A stretch of DNA of 64,000 nucleotides. It comes from Ramazzottius varieornatus (taxonomy: Eukaryota > Animalia > Tardigrada). The stretch lies in assembly GCA_001949185.1 (NCBI GenBank), contig BDGG01000004.1:2319620-2383619 (forward strand), read 5' to 3'. Both the position numbers and the translations under genes were made by a program. The notes below the pieces were generated by a model. It was not told where the DNA came from. It made no database searches and worked only from the letters and a program-made list of their open reading frames with translations. Below are positions 13,001-25,074 of this stretch, piece by piece (the stretch's first letter is position 1; each line of letters starts with the position of its first letter).

Positions 13001-13702
13001 GGATGAGATACAGAGCAAGATGATTCACGCGATCAATCGCTGGGCTCTTCGCTCTAAAAGGAACATCAACTACCGGTACGTGTACTGAACCATTTTGCAG
13101 CAACTTTGTTGTCTGGATGGAGTTCCGACGTTGAGCATGTTTGCAGGAGCTTTGAGCCCATCCTCAGGCTGATTCCCGGTTCCAAATCGCACGCTTCTCA
13201 ACACTGGGCTTGCTGGGCCTTAGCGAACCTCACAAGAGTGTATCGTAAGCAGCCTCAATTAACAGAAAGTATTCCGGGTGCAACTGTAAAAATTTTTCTT
13301 CTGTTCTTCAGCTGATAAATACTGTCCTCTGCTGGAGAAGGAGAAAGGACTGGAACGCCTAAAACCCGTCATCGAAGATGACGATCCAGCCAGATGGGAT
13401 ACGAAGAGGCTCATCTCAAGAGTGTTGCTTCATCATGCCCGGTTCGTCAAGACTTACATTAAATACTAATTTGTTTGCTTTCTGACTCGAAGTAGCGCGT
13501 TGCAATGAGCTTCGTCGGATTTTCAGGTTCATGGACAGAATCCCAGTTGAAAGTTGGTCCGACGAGGATATGGACGTCAGGTATGTCCAAAGTCTGGAGA
13601 ATCAGATTCCCATAGTTATACTACCCCGACAGCGGGAATTTCACGGAACGAAACTTTCCTGATTGTAGTGATGTCGACCTGGAGATGGACGGAGAATTAT
13701 AG
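10093..13702 (+). CDS. ZER1: Protein zer-1 homolog (CRL2 substrate receptor; VHL/BC box, LRR, ARM), spliced
   Basis: N-terminal PPTLLESACISFLKNL box, LRRs, MLRNGCLTLCQF, LLNSLACQV, WSMMWNVTDETP, LLRNMMGLLGNVAEV, DGIEVSYNACG, NINYRSFEPILRL, QHWACWALANL. Confidence 0.92.
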
Positions 13703-16700
13703 CTTTGCCGAATAGCTCACACTAACGGGGAATACCGGTCGAGCGAACTTGATCTGCTTTGGGGGAACGGCGGGATTTTTGTGTCTACGTACTACTGTAT
13801 ATCGATATCCTTTCAAACTTATCTGCATGATTTGCGGAAAGCTGGTCAGAGTATAGACTGGTCTCAGTTTTCCTTCTTCGCAAATCAACTAAGATTTCTG
13901 GTGTTGAAATAGTCTACTTTTGCTTACTTGACATACAGACAGAGGTTTTAATTTGAAAGTTTAATTTTGATCTACAGCACTTGTAGGCAGTAACCGATAT
14001 CGCGTCTTTGTGTATAGCTTTTATCGAACAGATCTATTTTAATTTGACGATTAACTTCCCCACTATAATAAATGGCTACTGATTCTAAAATTGAACCTTA
14101 GTACAAAATTACTACAAGAAAGTTTTCAACTTAACACATGTTTTACAGAAATAGCGACCACTGCGTACTTTGATTTCACCATTCGAAACATCTAAGTTTC
14201 AAATTACGAGTAGTAATAATACGTAAAATTATCAAAAGTATCATAGGTCGAGCGTCATGCAATGGAGCGAATCACATCGAGAATTAATTTACACCGAGGG
14301 AGTAAAAACTATACAATCGGAGCACGGTAACCTTAATGACGGAAACGTAGTAGCCTTCCTGATGTGGTGTCCGACCTACAAGAGGAAAACACCCATGAAA
14401 ATTACAGCTGTAGACTCAGAAAATGACCAAAAAGATTTAGAAACTTACACAAGGACGAGATCGTTGCCGATGACATCATGGATAGTGTAGTGCATGCCTA
14501 AACAACGTTTCGGCAAACCGCGTTTGATGAGCTCCTGGAAAAACAAGAAGAATTTGTTAGTTCACACCCCGGATTACTTCCGAAAGAAGGCAGTAGGTCT
14601 GCTGGAAGCGCTTACAGATTCTAGGACACTGGAGTACTTGGCCTTCTTCACCATTGTCAGGACCTTTTCTCGTCCACTCAAAAAGGTCTTCATGAACTGG
14701 CCTGCTCCAGGAAAGGATAACCACCAAGTGCCAACTTCTCGTACGATTAGAACACCAACAAGGACCAAAGACCTGCACAGGCAAAAGACGCGATTGAGTC
14801 TACCGTAAATGTGAAGCGAAAATCTTTGTGCGCAGATGTTACTATGTTAGTGGCCTTAGGATCTTACTGTATATCCTCGTCCGTGAAAGCACGATCCTTC
14901 TTGAGGTCGTTCGTCGATATCGATATGTCGAAATTATCCACAAAATCCAAAAAGCGTTCTGCAATCGAACAGGTACTGTAACACACTGTAGTATCAGGTT
15001 ATTTAGATGTCACGAGGTTTAACCCTCAACTTTGGTTACTGTGAGGTCGTTTCTCGTTCGTCCACCTTCACGGACGAACACAATGGACGTGACGTCATGT
15101 TGTTCCACATGTCTGCCACTTCGGGAGTCCACTGGAAAAGCCTGTCTTACCTATGATTAAAGGATTCTTGAGATGATCTCGGGCATACCCTCTCTGAAAG
15201 AAGGACCACGTAGGGGACACAAGTCAACGAAGACTTAATCTAGTCCTCACAAAACGAAGATTCGTGCAGCAAATGCTCTAACTTCGTTATCAGACATGAG
15301 CTAAATCAACATCTTCGTTCTTACCACGTGTTCTCTAAAGCTGTCCTGTTTGACCAGAGCCAGCTCATCTCCCGTAAAACCAAGCTTGATACATCGAATT
15401 TCCTTCCTGCTCCGCATAGCGTTCACTTCTCTGTCAATCTCAGTCCTCGTTTTTTGTGGTAGACAGCTGCAGCAAGAGACGGACAAAATTACATACTTAC
15501 TTCGAGAGCTAGCTCTGATTATGCGTCGACCCTAAGGGGAAACCAAAATACCTGTAGAGCTGATGTCTAAAGACCACAGGCGGAAACATATAGCTAAATC
15601 TGTCAGTGGGAAAGGTCCGGTAAAGCTGATCCAAGGAAGACCTCACGGTATGAGCTTCTATGTAGAGCAGAAAACAAGGGTTATCTTCTTATTACTTAAT
15701 CACACAGTTCAATCAAGTCATCTTGAAAGGCTGCACCTTCGCGAACAGTACGTTGACGCTTGATTCTGTAATCCCCCGCTGATGTACTTTCCGAAGGTTC
15801 CGTTTCTGAACGACATTTCCCTCTTGCTAACTTGTCCCAAAGCTCTGGCTCCATCGTCGCAATGAAGGGAGGATTCGAGTGACTTTGATCCAAACTCACG
15901 ACTTCTTCTGGCTTTCCACCAGAAGTGCCTGTGCCAGCAGTGCCCGGAGCAGTGATAAATAGTCGAGGTCACAGGAAGGGAACAACTCCAGAGTGCATAC
16001 GCAAAACTGAATCCAGAGGTTGATACTTGCCTTGTTTAGTTCAGTAAGTCGGATTAGCAGAGTGGTCAGCCAATCAGATCAGGCGATGGAGGCGGACCTG
16101 AACGCACTGTGCTATGCAAATTCCTGATCGGTGCTTAGCGCGTACAGCCCACTAACTTAAGCCCTGTTCAGTAAAAAGTGGTTAGTGGCCTAGTCATATT
16201 CCACCGTGGGCATTGACAACTATGCAGCAGCCATGATGCTACCTCAATCCGTAAAATTTACCTGTCCTCTACCTTACGGCATCTTTTGACGTTTTCCAAC
16301 TAGCAAGTTTTGAATTTCTACCTCGCAGTCCCGGTCTCACTGAAGAATTTCTTTTTCCTTGTTGTCACGATCGTTTCATCAACCCGGCCATAGTAGACAA
16401 CTCGTGCATGAAACACAGAACCATAGCTAACTAGAAAACCAGCTCGAAATTCGACCCCGCGTTGAAAAAAACGTAGCTAGCAAATTTGGACACGATTCGC
16501 AAGCGGAAATCGAAAGACAAAAGCGCTTTCTTTTCCAATGCAGAATATAGCGTCAAGACTACAACTGAAACTGCAGTGTACAAAATACCCCAGTCTGCGA
16601 TTAAAACTACAGTTAAACCTACCGTTGATGTCAGCTTACTGGACGTGCGCGGTGAGCTACGGTTGACGGTGCCGTTAACTGTGGCTTTGTAAGAGCTGCT

Positions 16701-17174
16701 CATTTATACGACTGTAGGTTTGACTGTAGCGTTGGCTAGTTTCTTTATTTGCTATAAACCGTAGCTATTAACTTTAGTGTTGTTTCTGCAGCCTATAGTA
16801 GTTCGGCTTCTCACACTCTGATTTTACCTGCAGCTTTGTGTACACAGCTTTAACTGCCTCTTCAACTGCTGGTTCGCGACTGCCGTTGTACGTACGTTGC
16901 ACAGCGCTAATCCGAGCCTGGCATTACGGTTCGCAACCTCTACGAGTTTACTGTAGCTGGTGGGCGGAGTCTGATTGCTGTGCTGATTCAAAACAGTAAA
17001 CTAAACCAGGCAAGTATCAACCTCTCTAATGAGTCCATCCAAAGTTTAAACTCACAGTCACAGACGGTTTCTGTATGTAATGACAGTGATGTCAGGTAAG
17101 ATGCTAAGGATACAAACGAGAGACTGCCTTTACCACTGTCATGTCATATCATGTTACGTAGTGTTCCGTCAATG

Positions 17175-17688
17175 TAGAGTAGGGAATTGGATCGCGCGGC
17201 AGGTCCACGCGGAAGTGGGCGGTGGTTACCGCCCGCTTCCGCCCTGGAATCTACTGAAATTCTTACCGCTTGGACTCGCTTAGTATTTGATGTGACTATT
17301 TTCCGCCCGCCCCGCGTCGATGATAATTGCGATAAATGTTTAAAAGTAAACCTTGTTGCGTCACATTGCGAACAATCTATATGATAGGCAACCACAGGAA
17401 ACTGTTGTCGTACGTACAGTTGGGTTTGTTTGTACTGTAACATTCATGAGTTGAGTGTCATAAACGCAATTTCGGCAATGTATTCCTTAAATTCGTTGCT
17501 TCTGAATTCAGACTCGTTTACCTTGCCCGAAGTACCGCTCACTTCCGCTTTGGCGTCGGCATTAAAGGTTTACCGCCTGCGTTCGCCTTGAGATTACCAA
17601 AATTTATTCGGCACAGTCCAGCGCGGACAAGAAAATTTTGTGAAATTCTGGTTTCCGCCAAGGAAAAGTTGAGCGGTTCCCTACTCTA
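17175..17688. mobile_element. Degenerate hAT-like non-autonomous element (12-bp TIR TAGAGTAGGGAA)
   Basis: tagagtagggaa at 17175 and ttccctactcta ending at 17688. Both flanks contain tccgtca (imperfect TSD). Many internal ttccgc/gcggaa motifs. Confidence 0.5.
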
Positions 17689-17999
17689 TCCGTCATCCAG
17701 CGAATCCATAGCGCTGTTGTTTTGGTTTTCAGTTCGTCAGTTTTCTAACTATAAATTTTAATCGTGGAATTTTTCTGTTCTAGTCCAGCGCTCATACCTC
17801 GCTGCTCTTCTCCAGCAATACCTCATCTCTGGAGGCTTCTATATGTGCCAAAACTCCTACCTATGTCAAAGGCAACGTTACGAAACTGACGGTGTAGAGA
17901 GACCCATCAGGAGCACAGTTCGCTTTCAGATCTCAGAAGTCTGTGATCTCCTATATTCGTCTGAGTTCTCGGACCTCGAGGCTCGATACTTTTAGAACC

Positions 18000-20089
18000 A
18001 TGGATGTCGTCGATGTTTTCATCACCAATCGTTGCTACTTCGATATGAAGATCTACCAACTTTGGCTGGACGGCGAGCGAGGTAGACGTGCTCTTGCTAG
18101 AGCATAAATTATTATGTCGCGAACCGAAATTTGCTCAAACGCGATACGTTACAGAAGAAGGTATCTGCAAAACTACTCTGGCCATGGAGCAAATGGAAGA
18201 TACACCTCAAAGCAAGCAGATAGTAAATTCCTATGTCTCGGACCAACTGCGAACATTCCATCTCCTTGAAAAGTGTCTGCATAGCCCACCTGAGCTGATT
18301 AACAACCCGGTATTCCAAATGACCGACGCGTGCAGAATATTCCTTCTCGAAAAGTGAGCATGGTTTCGTCATCTGTGAATTCGAGAAGCCGACTCGATAT
18401 TCACACAACCGTATAAAATTATCTGTATAATAACGTTTAGCGTGTCTCGGCTGAGATGGGCTTAACTTTGAGTCTCTGCACCAGGTATTATTCGTTCGAT
18501 CGGCACTACGTACGGACACTTCTGGGTCGGAAGTACAGCCACAGGGCCCGACGATCGTTCGAGGAAGAATGCCAGAAGATGGGAATCAAGCAGAACAGCT
18601 GTTATCGGCAAGTAAGTACACTAATACCCATTGCTTCCTGCTGTATGGGGGCTGATCTGGAAGGATTCCCGGCTGCACCATTTGGGTGGTTATACAGTAC
18701 AAAATAGTGCTATAATCGTAAAAACTCCTTCGAGACTTACACACTTTGACTGCTTTCTAGTACGAAAACATCAGACGGATTTCCAAAGCAGTCGTACCCA
18801 TGTTCGGACCTTCCGCAAAGAACATACAGACGAGTTTCTTTCTTCCCGAGTCCCTCTGCTGGTACGTTTTAGACAGCGGATGAAATTTTCCTGACTACTT
18901 TCTACGGTGTAGCTGAAGTAGGAATTACATGTCATTGACGAGCCTTCCATCCTGATGACCCTTTATATATTCCAGGGATTACGCCTGTATACTGTTTCTT
19001 TCTGTTCAACGAATAGACCTGCCAGGTGCCCGGCTCGCCGACTTGACCTTCGACGACCTGGCCCACTGCAGTACAGACCTTATGAAAGGCTGGACGTTGG
19101 GTTCCCCACAAGGCGCTATGGTGCAAAAACTACCGATGGATTCCGCTGCCGTGAACCAGGAAGGTACGAAAGTTTGTCTTATAGAGCAATGTTATTTACT
19201 AACTATGATGTAGCTTTTATTGCCCGTAGGAATTTCTGATCTTCGGATCGACAAAGATTTTCTCTATTCCATGAAAGAGTTTCGCTTTCTGCTCGAGAGA
19301 GACACAATGGAGAGCCTGAAACGGTTCGACACATTTTCCATGGAATCTCGTTCACAAAACAGAGTGCACTATAACACTGCAGAAGGCTCGAAGCGTATTC
19401 TCATCAATGTATCGTTGCAGCAGTGTGATTCAAACCCTTTCCGGTCGGGGAACAGGGTTTTCGCCGAGTCAAGAGCTGCTTCGGGTATAGATATCAGTTC
19501 ACTATCACTAGTCCTAAGCCTATGTGGCCGTTTCATTGCGAATTTCTTCATTTGATTGTAGGATTTGTGTCGAAATCTGCTCATCATGGCTCTGAACTTG
19601 CACCATTCCAAACAGCTAAAGATTATATTTACTGATGTGATGGAGAAAGTACGTCTGAAAGCTTTATTCAACTTCCACGCGGTCGCGGTTGGTCACAACA
19701 CTTACTATTTGGTTTGCAGATCGTATCGCCGTTGAAAACTGCAGCTTGGTCTCGGGACGACGTCTCTGCCTTCCTGTCGGCATTCATGAACAGAGCCCAG
19801 GACCTCAATGAATTCAAAAGGCAAGCTGAAGGCTTATTCAAGATACTGTATTTTGTGAGCAATCGGAAAAACAAGCTGCGTTCTGTGGCATCATGGATTA
19901 TGAGGTCTTGGTTGAAAAAGTACGTAATGCGGGTTTGTTTATCCTAGCCGTGACGCTCGTCTTTCCGGAATGTGGAGAAGGTTCTACACAGCATTCAACT
20001 CCTGCGTCCTTCGTCTGTTTCGGGACAATGCAGTAGCTCCTGCGAATTCGTCCCTAGCTCCGGCCGCGACAACCTTGCCAAAGAAATGA
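18000..20089 (+). CDS. FIBP: Acidic FGF intracellular-binding protein, spliced
   Basis: MDVVDVFITNRCYFDMKIYQLWLDG, DQLRTFHLLEKCLHSP, YYSFD...LLGRK, SCYRQYENIRRISK, DKDFL, MWRRFYTAFNSCVLRLF. Stop at 20087-20089. Confidence 0.9.
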
Positions 20090-20228
20090 TAGGAGTTTTG
20101 CTAAATGAGGTTTTGTTGCCAAGTTTTCGATATTTCTTTTTGTTGTTTTATCGTGTTATAGCCTTCCAGACGGCGGGCTAGTATTCATTCAGCTCTTCGT
20201 ACTAATTTCCATTTCCTTGTACCTAAAC

Positions 20229-20434
20229 TAGAGTGGATTTGACCAAGCCTTGGTCGGATCAATTGGTCAACTTCTTGGTCAATATTGGTCGACGAAAAAT
20301 TGACCAATGGTCAGAAAAAGTTTGACCAATCGTCTTTGGTCAAACCATTGGTTTGGCCAATGGTCAACGATTTTGGTCAATTGGTCAAACTTTTGACCAA
20401 TTGACTCGACAAGAGCTTGGTCAAATCCACTCTA
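20229..20434. mobile_element. hAT-type MITE, 206 bp, with 8-bp target-site duplication
   Basis: Perfect 20-bp TIR tagagtggatttgaccaagc / gcttggtcaaatccactcta. Exact TSD acctaaac at 20221-20228 and 20435-20442. Interior packed with TTGACCAA/TTGGTCAA motifs. Confidence 0.88.
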
Positions 20435-20790
20435 ACCTAAACTAAAGGTCGGACACATTTTTTGAGAGAATTAAACGGGAACAAAAGCGAAATTCAGTGT
20501 AAAGGGTAAAACGAAAAAAAAAACACGTTGGTTTCGAGATAAACTGATACTGAATCAGATTATTCAGTTACCGCAATAACATACTGTGTCTTACACAGTA
20601 CCATCTGTACAATTAGATTAAATTAAAGGACGTCTTATAAAAATATCTCAAATATAATTGGCTTTGCGGGGATCGATTAAGGAACAAGACAAAATCGTCT
20701 TCAGCGTAATAGGTAAATCTTTCTTCACGAGGTGTTCGAGGAATGGCACCGACCGTCCGGCGTATGATTTGCTATATTGTAACTGCGATT

Positions 20791-22968
20791 CTAGAACTCT
20801 GCGTCACCAGTCGCCTTGTGAAAAACATACGACTTTCCTGCAAGCACAACGCGTCAGCACCAGAAAGAGCGCTTGTCAATATCAATGGGACAAACAGAAG
20901 AAACCGCAAACTTATACATACCGTTCAAGTTGCACATTCCACTTTTCAGGTGAAACTTCCACTTGTTCCGTACTCTGTTAACCTGCAGAAACCATTTAAA
21001 GTTAGCAAAATCTTGCGGTCTGGTTGTCTCGTTGGTCAAACTAAGAAACCACCTTTTCGTACTGGCAGACGACCACGTCTTCTATCGCATCCTCAAATTC
21101 GTTGCCATCCTCATCGTCGTCGTCATCATCGCCGGAACTGATCTCTTCCTAGAATAATGTCTGGTTACTGACAGACTTTAGACGAGTTTAGAGAGACTCG
21201 ATCACCTTTTCAAGCCTCTCCGTTTCTGATATAGGACTTGTCGAAACCTTCTGCTTTTTTGAAGGCGGCTTCCCGAGACTTCCGGGTGGAGAGTCCAGAT
21301 CTGCGTCACTGAGATCTTCAAACTCGTCATCGTCGTCATCATCATCCCGACCATCGAGTTGCGAGACGAATGTCTGAGGATCCTTTCGCGCTGTTGCATT
21401 GGCCGAGTTGGCCACACTGGCAACGCTGACAGAATTACCCAACTGTATAGTGGAGTTACCGGGAAGTAAAAGGGCAGGCGCGTGGTTCCCCGAACCATCA
21501 GCTATGTGTATCACAGAAGACTGTCCTCCACTGGGAGAATTCGTTGGGAACCGCACAACTGACTGGTTTCCCAACTGATATAAACCCGCAACTACAAAAG
21601 ACAAACACGTGACATCAGCGTAGTGCGCCGGCAGACCCGTTAAAGCTTGATGTGTGGTCAACGTCTGTTCTCACTTACGGTTTGCGGCAGGAATACTGGC
21701 GTACTGTTGGCCGTTATTCAGCGTAACGACGCTGGTAGGTCGGAGAGATCCCTGCATGGTATTCGCCAACTGGCGAACATTGACTGGGTTGTTGTTCTGA
21801 GCACCGCCTCGTTGCATGCTTTGCTGTTGCTGCTGAACGACTTGTTGCTTATTGAGACGGAAGAGCTCTTCCATCACCTGCTGGTCTATGGGTAGCTGGC
21901 GGATGACACCTTGTGGATACCGCATCTGCCCACTGGCTTGTGACGAACTCGGGTTCTGGACCTGCATTTGATAGTGATGCTGAGGTTGATTCTGAGACGT
22001 GACTGCAAAAACAGCTCAGCTGAATGGATATCATCACAACATTAGCGCGTAGTGTTACTACGTACCGATTGTGGACGGTCTGGACTGCACAGGTGCGGAC
22101 ATCTGGTTTGCTTGCATGTACCGCGCTAGGTTATCTTGACCAGGAAGCGCGTACATGCCACTGTTATAATTGGGCGTCTGCTGCGAGGCCATACTGGGTG
22201 CCTGGTGCGACAGCTGCTGTGAAGAGGTACCTAGGCTCGAGCTTTGAAGATGTAACAGACGATCGCTGGATAGTCCGCTGGTCTGTTGACTACTTGATGC
22301 TGCTGCAGGGTTGACTCGGAATGGCTGATGAGGTAGCGAATGTGAAGAGGTAGCAGGGTTCATCACTTCGAGCTGAGGCTGGGTCGGAGGAGCCTACGAA
22401 GAACCCATGATAGTGATATGAATGTAGGAAGAGGGAATAGTTTCAGTAAGTGGCAACTTGCGAAGTCCCACCTGAGGTTGTTGCGAGGTCCCCGCCTTGG
22501 CTGCTTTTGATGGCGTCGGAGAAGCGGACTTTGACGTCGTTGCCCCCGCCTGAGCGTTCTTGGCTCGTCCGGAACCTCGGCCTGAGGTCTTCGGTGCGTG
22601 AGCCGCCGCGTCATTCTCCGAAAGTGCTGTGTCCTTCTGGTAGTCAAGACCCGCTTTCGTTAGCTTCGCTTCCCATAGCTGCAAGGCAAGAACGTTCAGC
22701 TCGATCTGTCTAAGAGGATGGGTTCAAAATCACAATTGAAACGTACATCTTTCAGCTCGTTGAGTGTCGACTCATCCAGATTTTCTTCTTCCCATACCGT
22801 CTTCAGGCTCTGGTCGAAGAGCTGCTCAACAACTTCCCGGTAGAACTTTTTCTGTAAGAAGAATCACATGCTCAGTGTGAGACACAATGACACCGAACAT
22901 TTTTCTCCAGTTTCTCTGTTGTTTAATTTGGTACTTTGTGCTGAGAAACTTAGGGGTCACACTCTCAT
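20791..22968 (-). CDS. GTF2A1: Transcription initiation factor IIA large subunit (alpha/beta), spliced
   Basis: N-terminal FYREVVEQL...LDESTLNELKD/LWEAKL, Q-rich spacer, SQLDG plus acidic tract, C-terminal VVVCQYEK/VNRVRNKWKFHLKSG/KSYVFHKATGDAEF*. The start codon is tentative. Confidence 0.92.
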
Positions 22969-23706
22969 GCTTCTGGGAAGTACCTGTTGAAAGGGTCTCG
23001 TGAATCGACTTTCTCCGCGCGACTCTGATCACACCTCGACCTAAGCTCGCTTATATTCGCGGTAAGTGCAGAGGTACTGTATCAATCGTGGGTGCATTTG
23101 AGATAGCGAGGTCAGACCACGGACTAAATTATAAGCTTCATTATAAGCATCAAGACACCTGGTACAGTAGGTGACATCGTGACCGACCCAGATCAGATGA
23201 AAAAGCGACTCAACCGAGCCCTGTCCAACTTCAACAATCAATGTGTCTTCACCGTCCAAACTTCAGTTTCCCTTCTAGACACTAAAGCTACACGAACTAA
23301 TCCTCAAGAGGTCCCCGTATATATCAACTCGACACATCCACACGAGTATACAGAAATTCAAAATTCCTTCGTCGTTACCCATGTCATCATAGAAGCGACA
23401 ATCAACGCATACTATCGCATATCAAGATATCCAGATTAGTCGGGCCTATCGTCGTGCTACGTTCTATCTCCGCTCCATGGCAGCACCACAGTCCCTTGTT
23501 CTCACCAAAAGCCGTCGCTTTTCGAAGAAGTGTTTGAGTAAGAAGCTGGACTTACGGTCACTTAACTTACCACAGAATTCGAGCTCATTCCTTGGCGATC
23601 CTTTCGGTTGATTGATAGAATCGCGGGCGGACTTGGGGCAGCCGTCCAAGTCGAAAAATTCAAAACAGAAACTGAAGCTTATATAGGCATCTGTGAATCC
23701 ATTTAA

Positions 23707-23928
23707 TGCCCGGGCGAAGCTTTTCAGTAAGGCGTGGCCCACTGATGTCATATGGAGCCCGCTGTGAGACAATAACTAGTCACATTGAAACTGAAACCAA
23801 CCAGCAGGCTTTTTTGGGGTAAAGCAAACTTTTTGACTGGTTGAAACCCTCTATTTTTCTCGGTGACCGCTCCATACCGCACTGCGCGATCTGGCCACGC
23901 CTTACTGAAAAGCTCTGCCCAGTGCTCA
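23707..23928. mobile_element. MITE family A, copy 2 (degenerate)
   Basis: gcttttcagtaaggcgtggcc...catatggagc paired with gctccatac...ggccacgccttactgaaaagctctgcccagtgctca. Shares arm sequence with 1091-1305. Confidence 0.65.
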
Positions 23929-24204
23929 CTTTAGTCCTTGGCGAAGAGAGGAAGAGAGAGAAACTGGGCACGCCCTTAATTTTAACGGACGTTGTAACTG
24001 GTCGGTACTGCAAGAACGATCCCGCTTCGCCCAGGCAGTTGTTGCCGGATTGCAAGCGCTTCGCCGTGAAAACCAGCCCGATCGGACGGAGTGTCCGCTT
24101 CGCATTACTCGCATCACCCACAGCATTCAAAGCCGCGATGACGTAACGTACCGCGGCTGGAAATCAAGATGGGCTCGCAATCAACCGTCACAAAGTACAA
24201 GCTA

Positions 24205-25074
24205 CGAGGTAGAGGACATTATTCGGACACAGCAAATTTCGCGTCACAATTTGGACACAGTTATTCAGCGTAGTTACTGGATAGATTGACCTCATGTTTA
24301 GTTTTCAATATAGATGATCCCTTTATCTATCGCACTTTGTAGTCTCAAGAACATCGGATGGTCAGAACTTGTTAAAGGAGGTCTCAAAAAGGGAAGGGTC
24401 TTCCTAATGTTAAAAAGCCTACAAAATCGAGGTGAGTGAGGCCACCAGAGGCGCTTGAGTCGTCGGGATTAACAATTTGCTATACGTCACAAACTTGGTT
24501 TAACATGGGTCTGGGTTTTACAACTGATAGGCAGCTTGAAGCCTACTTGATGACGTAATATCGTATGGTCGACATGGTCTGATGCAATACCACATTGCCA
24601 ATTTTCCATTTACTTTCTCCTTCCCTTTGTGTGATATTTCCATCTCCCAACCATGCCTTCCCTTTCTAAGCTGAAGACAGCATCTCAGGTATTCAAGGAG
24701 CTACCGATGGATGCAGCTCTCCACGATGTGAAGAATGGGCAGAGCCTCAAAGGTGCTGCGAGGCTGCATGGAGTTAGCCGTACAACACTGAGAAACCGGA
24801 CACAGAATGACTGGTCCTTTGTTTCCGCTCTGATATGACCATTCACTATGTGGATGTGCTGATGTCAATCAGGGCAAAACGTAACTTCATGGGAAGCTCA
24901 GCTGGCATGTGAAGCTTAAACAGCGATATTAGAAGATGCTGCAGAGCGAAATTGCAGTTCGGTATCAGCTTCAGTGTGAGTAAGATGGAACGCACTGTGG
25001 TGCCACCCTATACCGCAACTGTGTCCAAATTGTGACGCGAAATTTGCTGTGTCCGAATAATGTCCTCTACCTCG
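24205..25074 (+). mobile_element. pogo/Fot1-like non-autonomous DNA transposon (870 bp)
   Basis: Perfect 58-bp TIRs (24205-24262 and 25017-25074). TA TSD at 24203-24204 and 25075-25076. Internal HTH ORF. Confidence 0.9.
24653..24838 (+). CDS. Truncated transposase N-terminus, pipsqueak-type HTH only (61 aa)
   Basis: MDAALHDVKNGQSLKGAARLHGVSRTTLRNR fits the HTH_psq pattern of pogo-family transposases; lies between the TIRs. Confidence 0.65.
   Translation: MPSLSKLKTASQVFKELPMDAALHDVKNGQSLKGAARLHGVSRTTLRNRTQNDWSFVSALI

Noticed and set aside
16430-16965. CTACAG/CTGTAG-rich quasi-palindrome (16606-16729) and ORFs 16431-16703 and 16486-16692
   Set aside because: Probably an old repeat, but I could not define matching termini or a TSD; the ORFs have no recognisable domain.
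20229-20434. CRISPR-like appearance of repeated TTGGTCAA motifs
   Set aside because: Motifs are short, occur in both orientations, lack regular spacers and are bounded by TIR and TSD; no cas genes; eukaryotic context.
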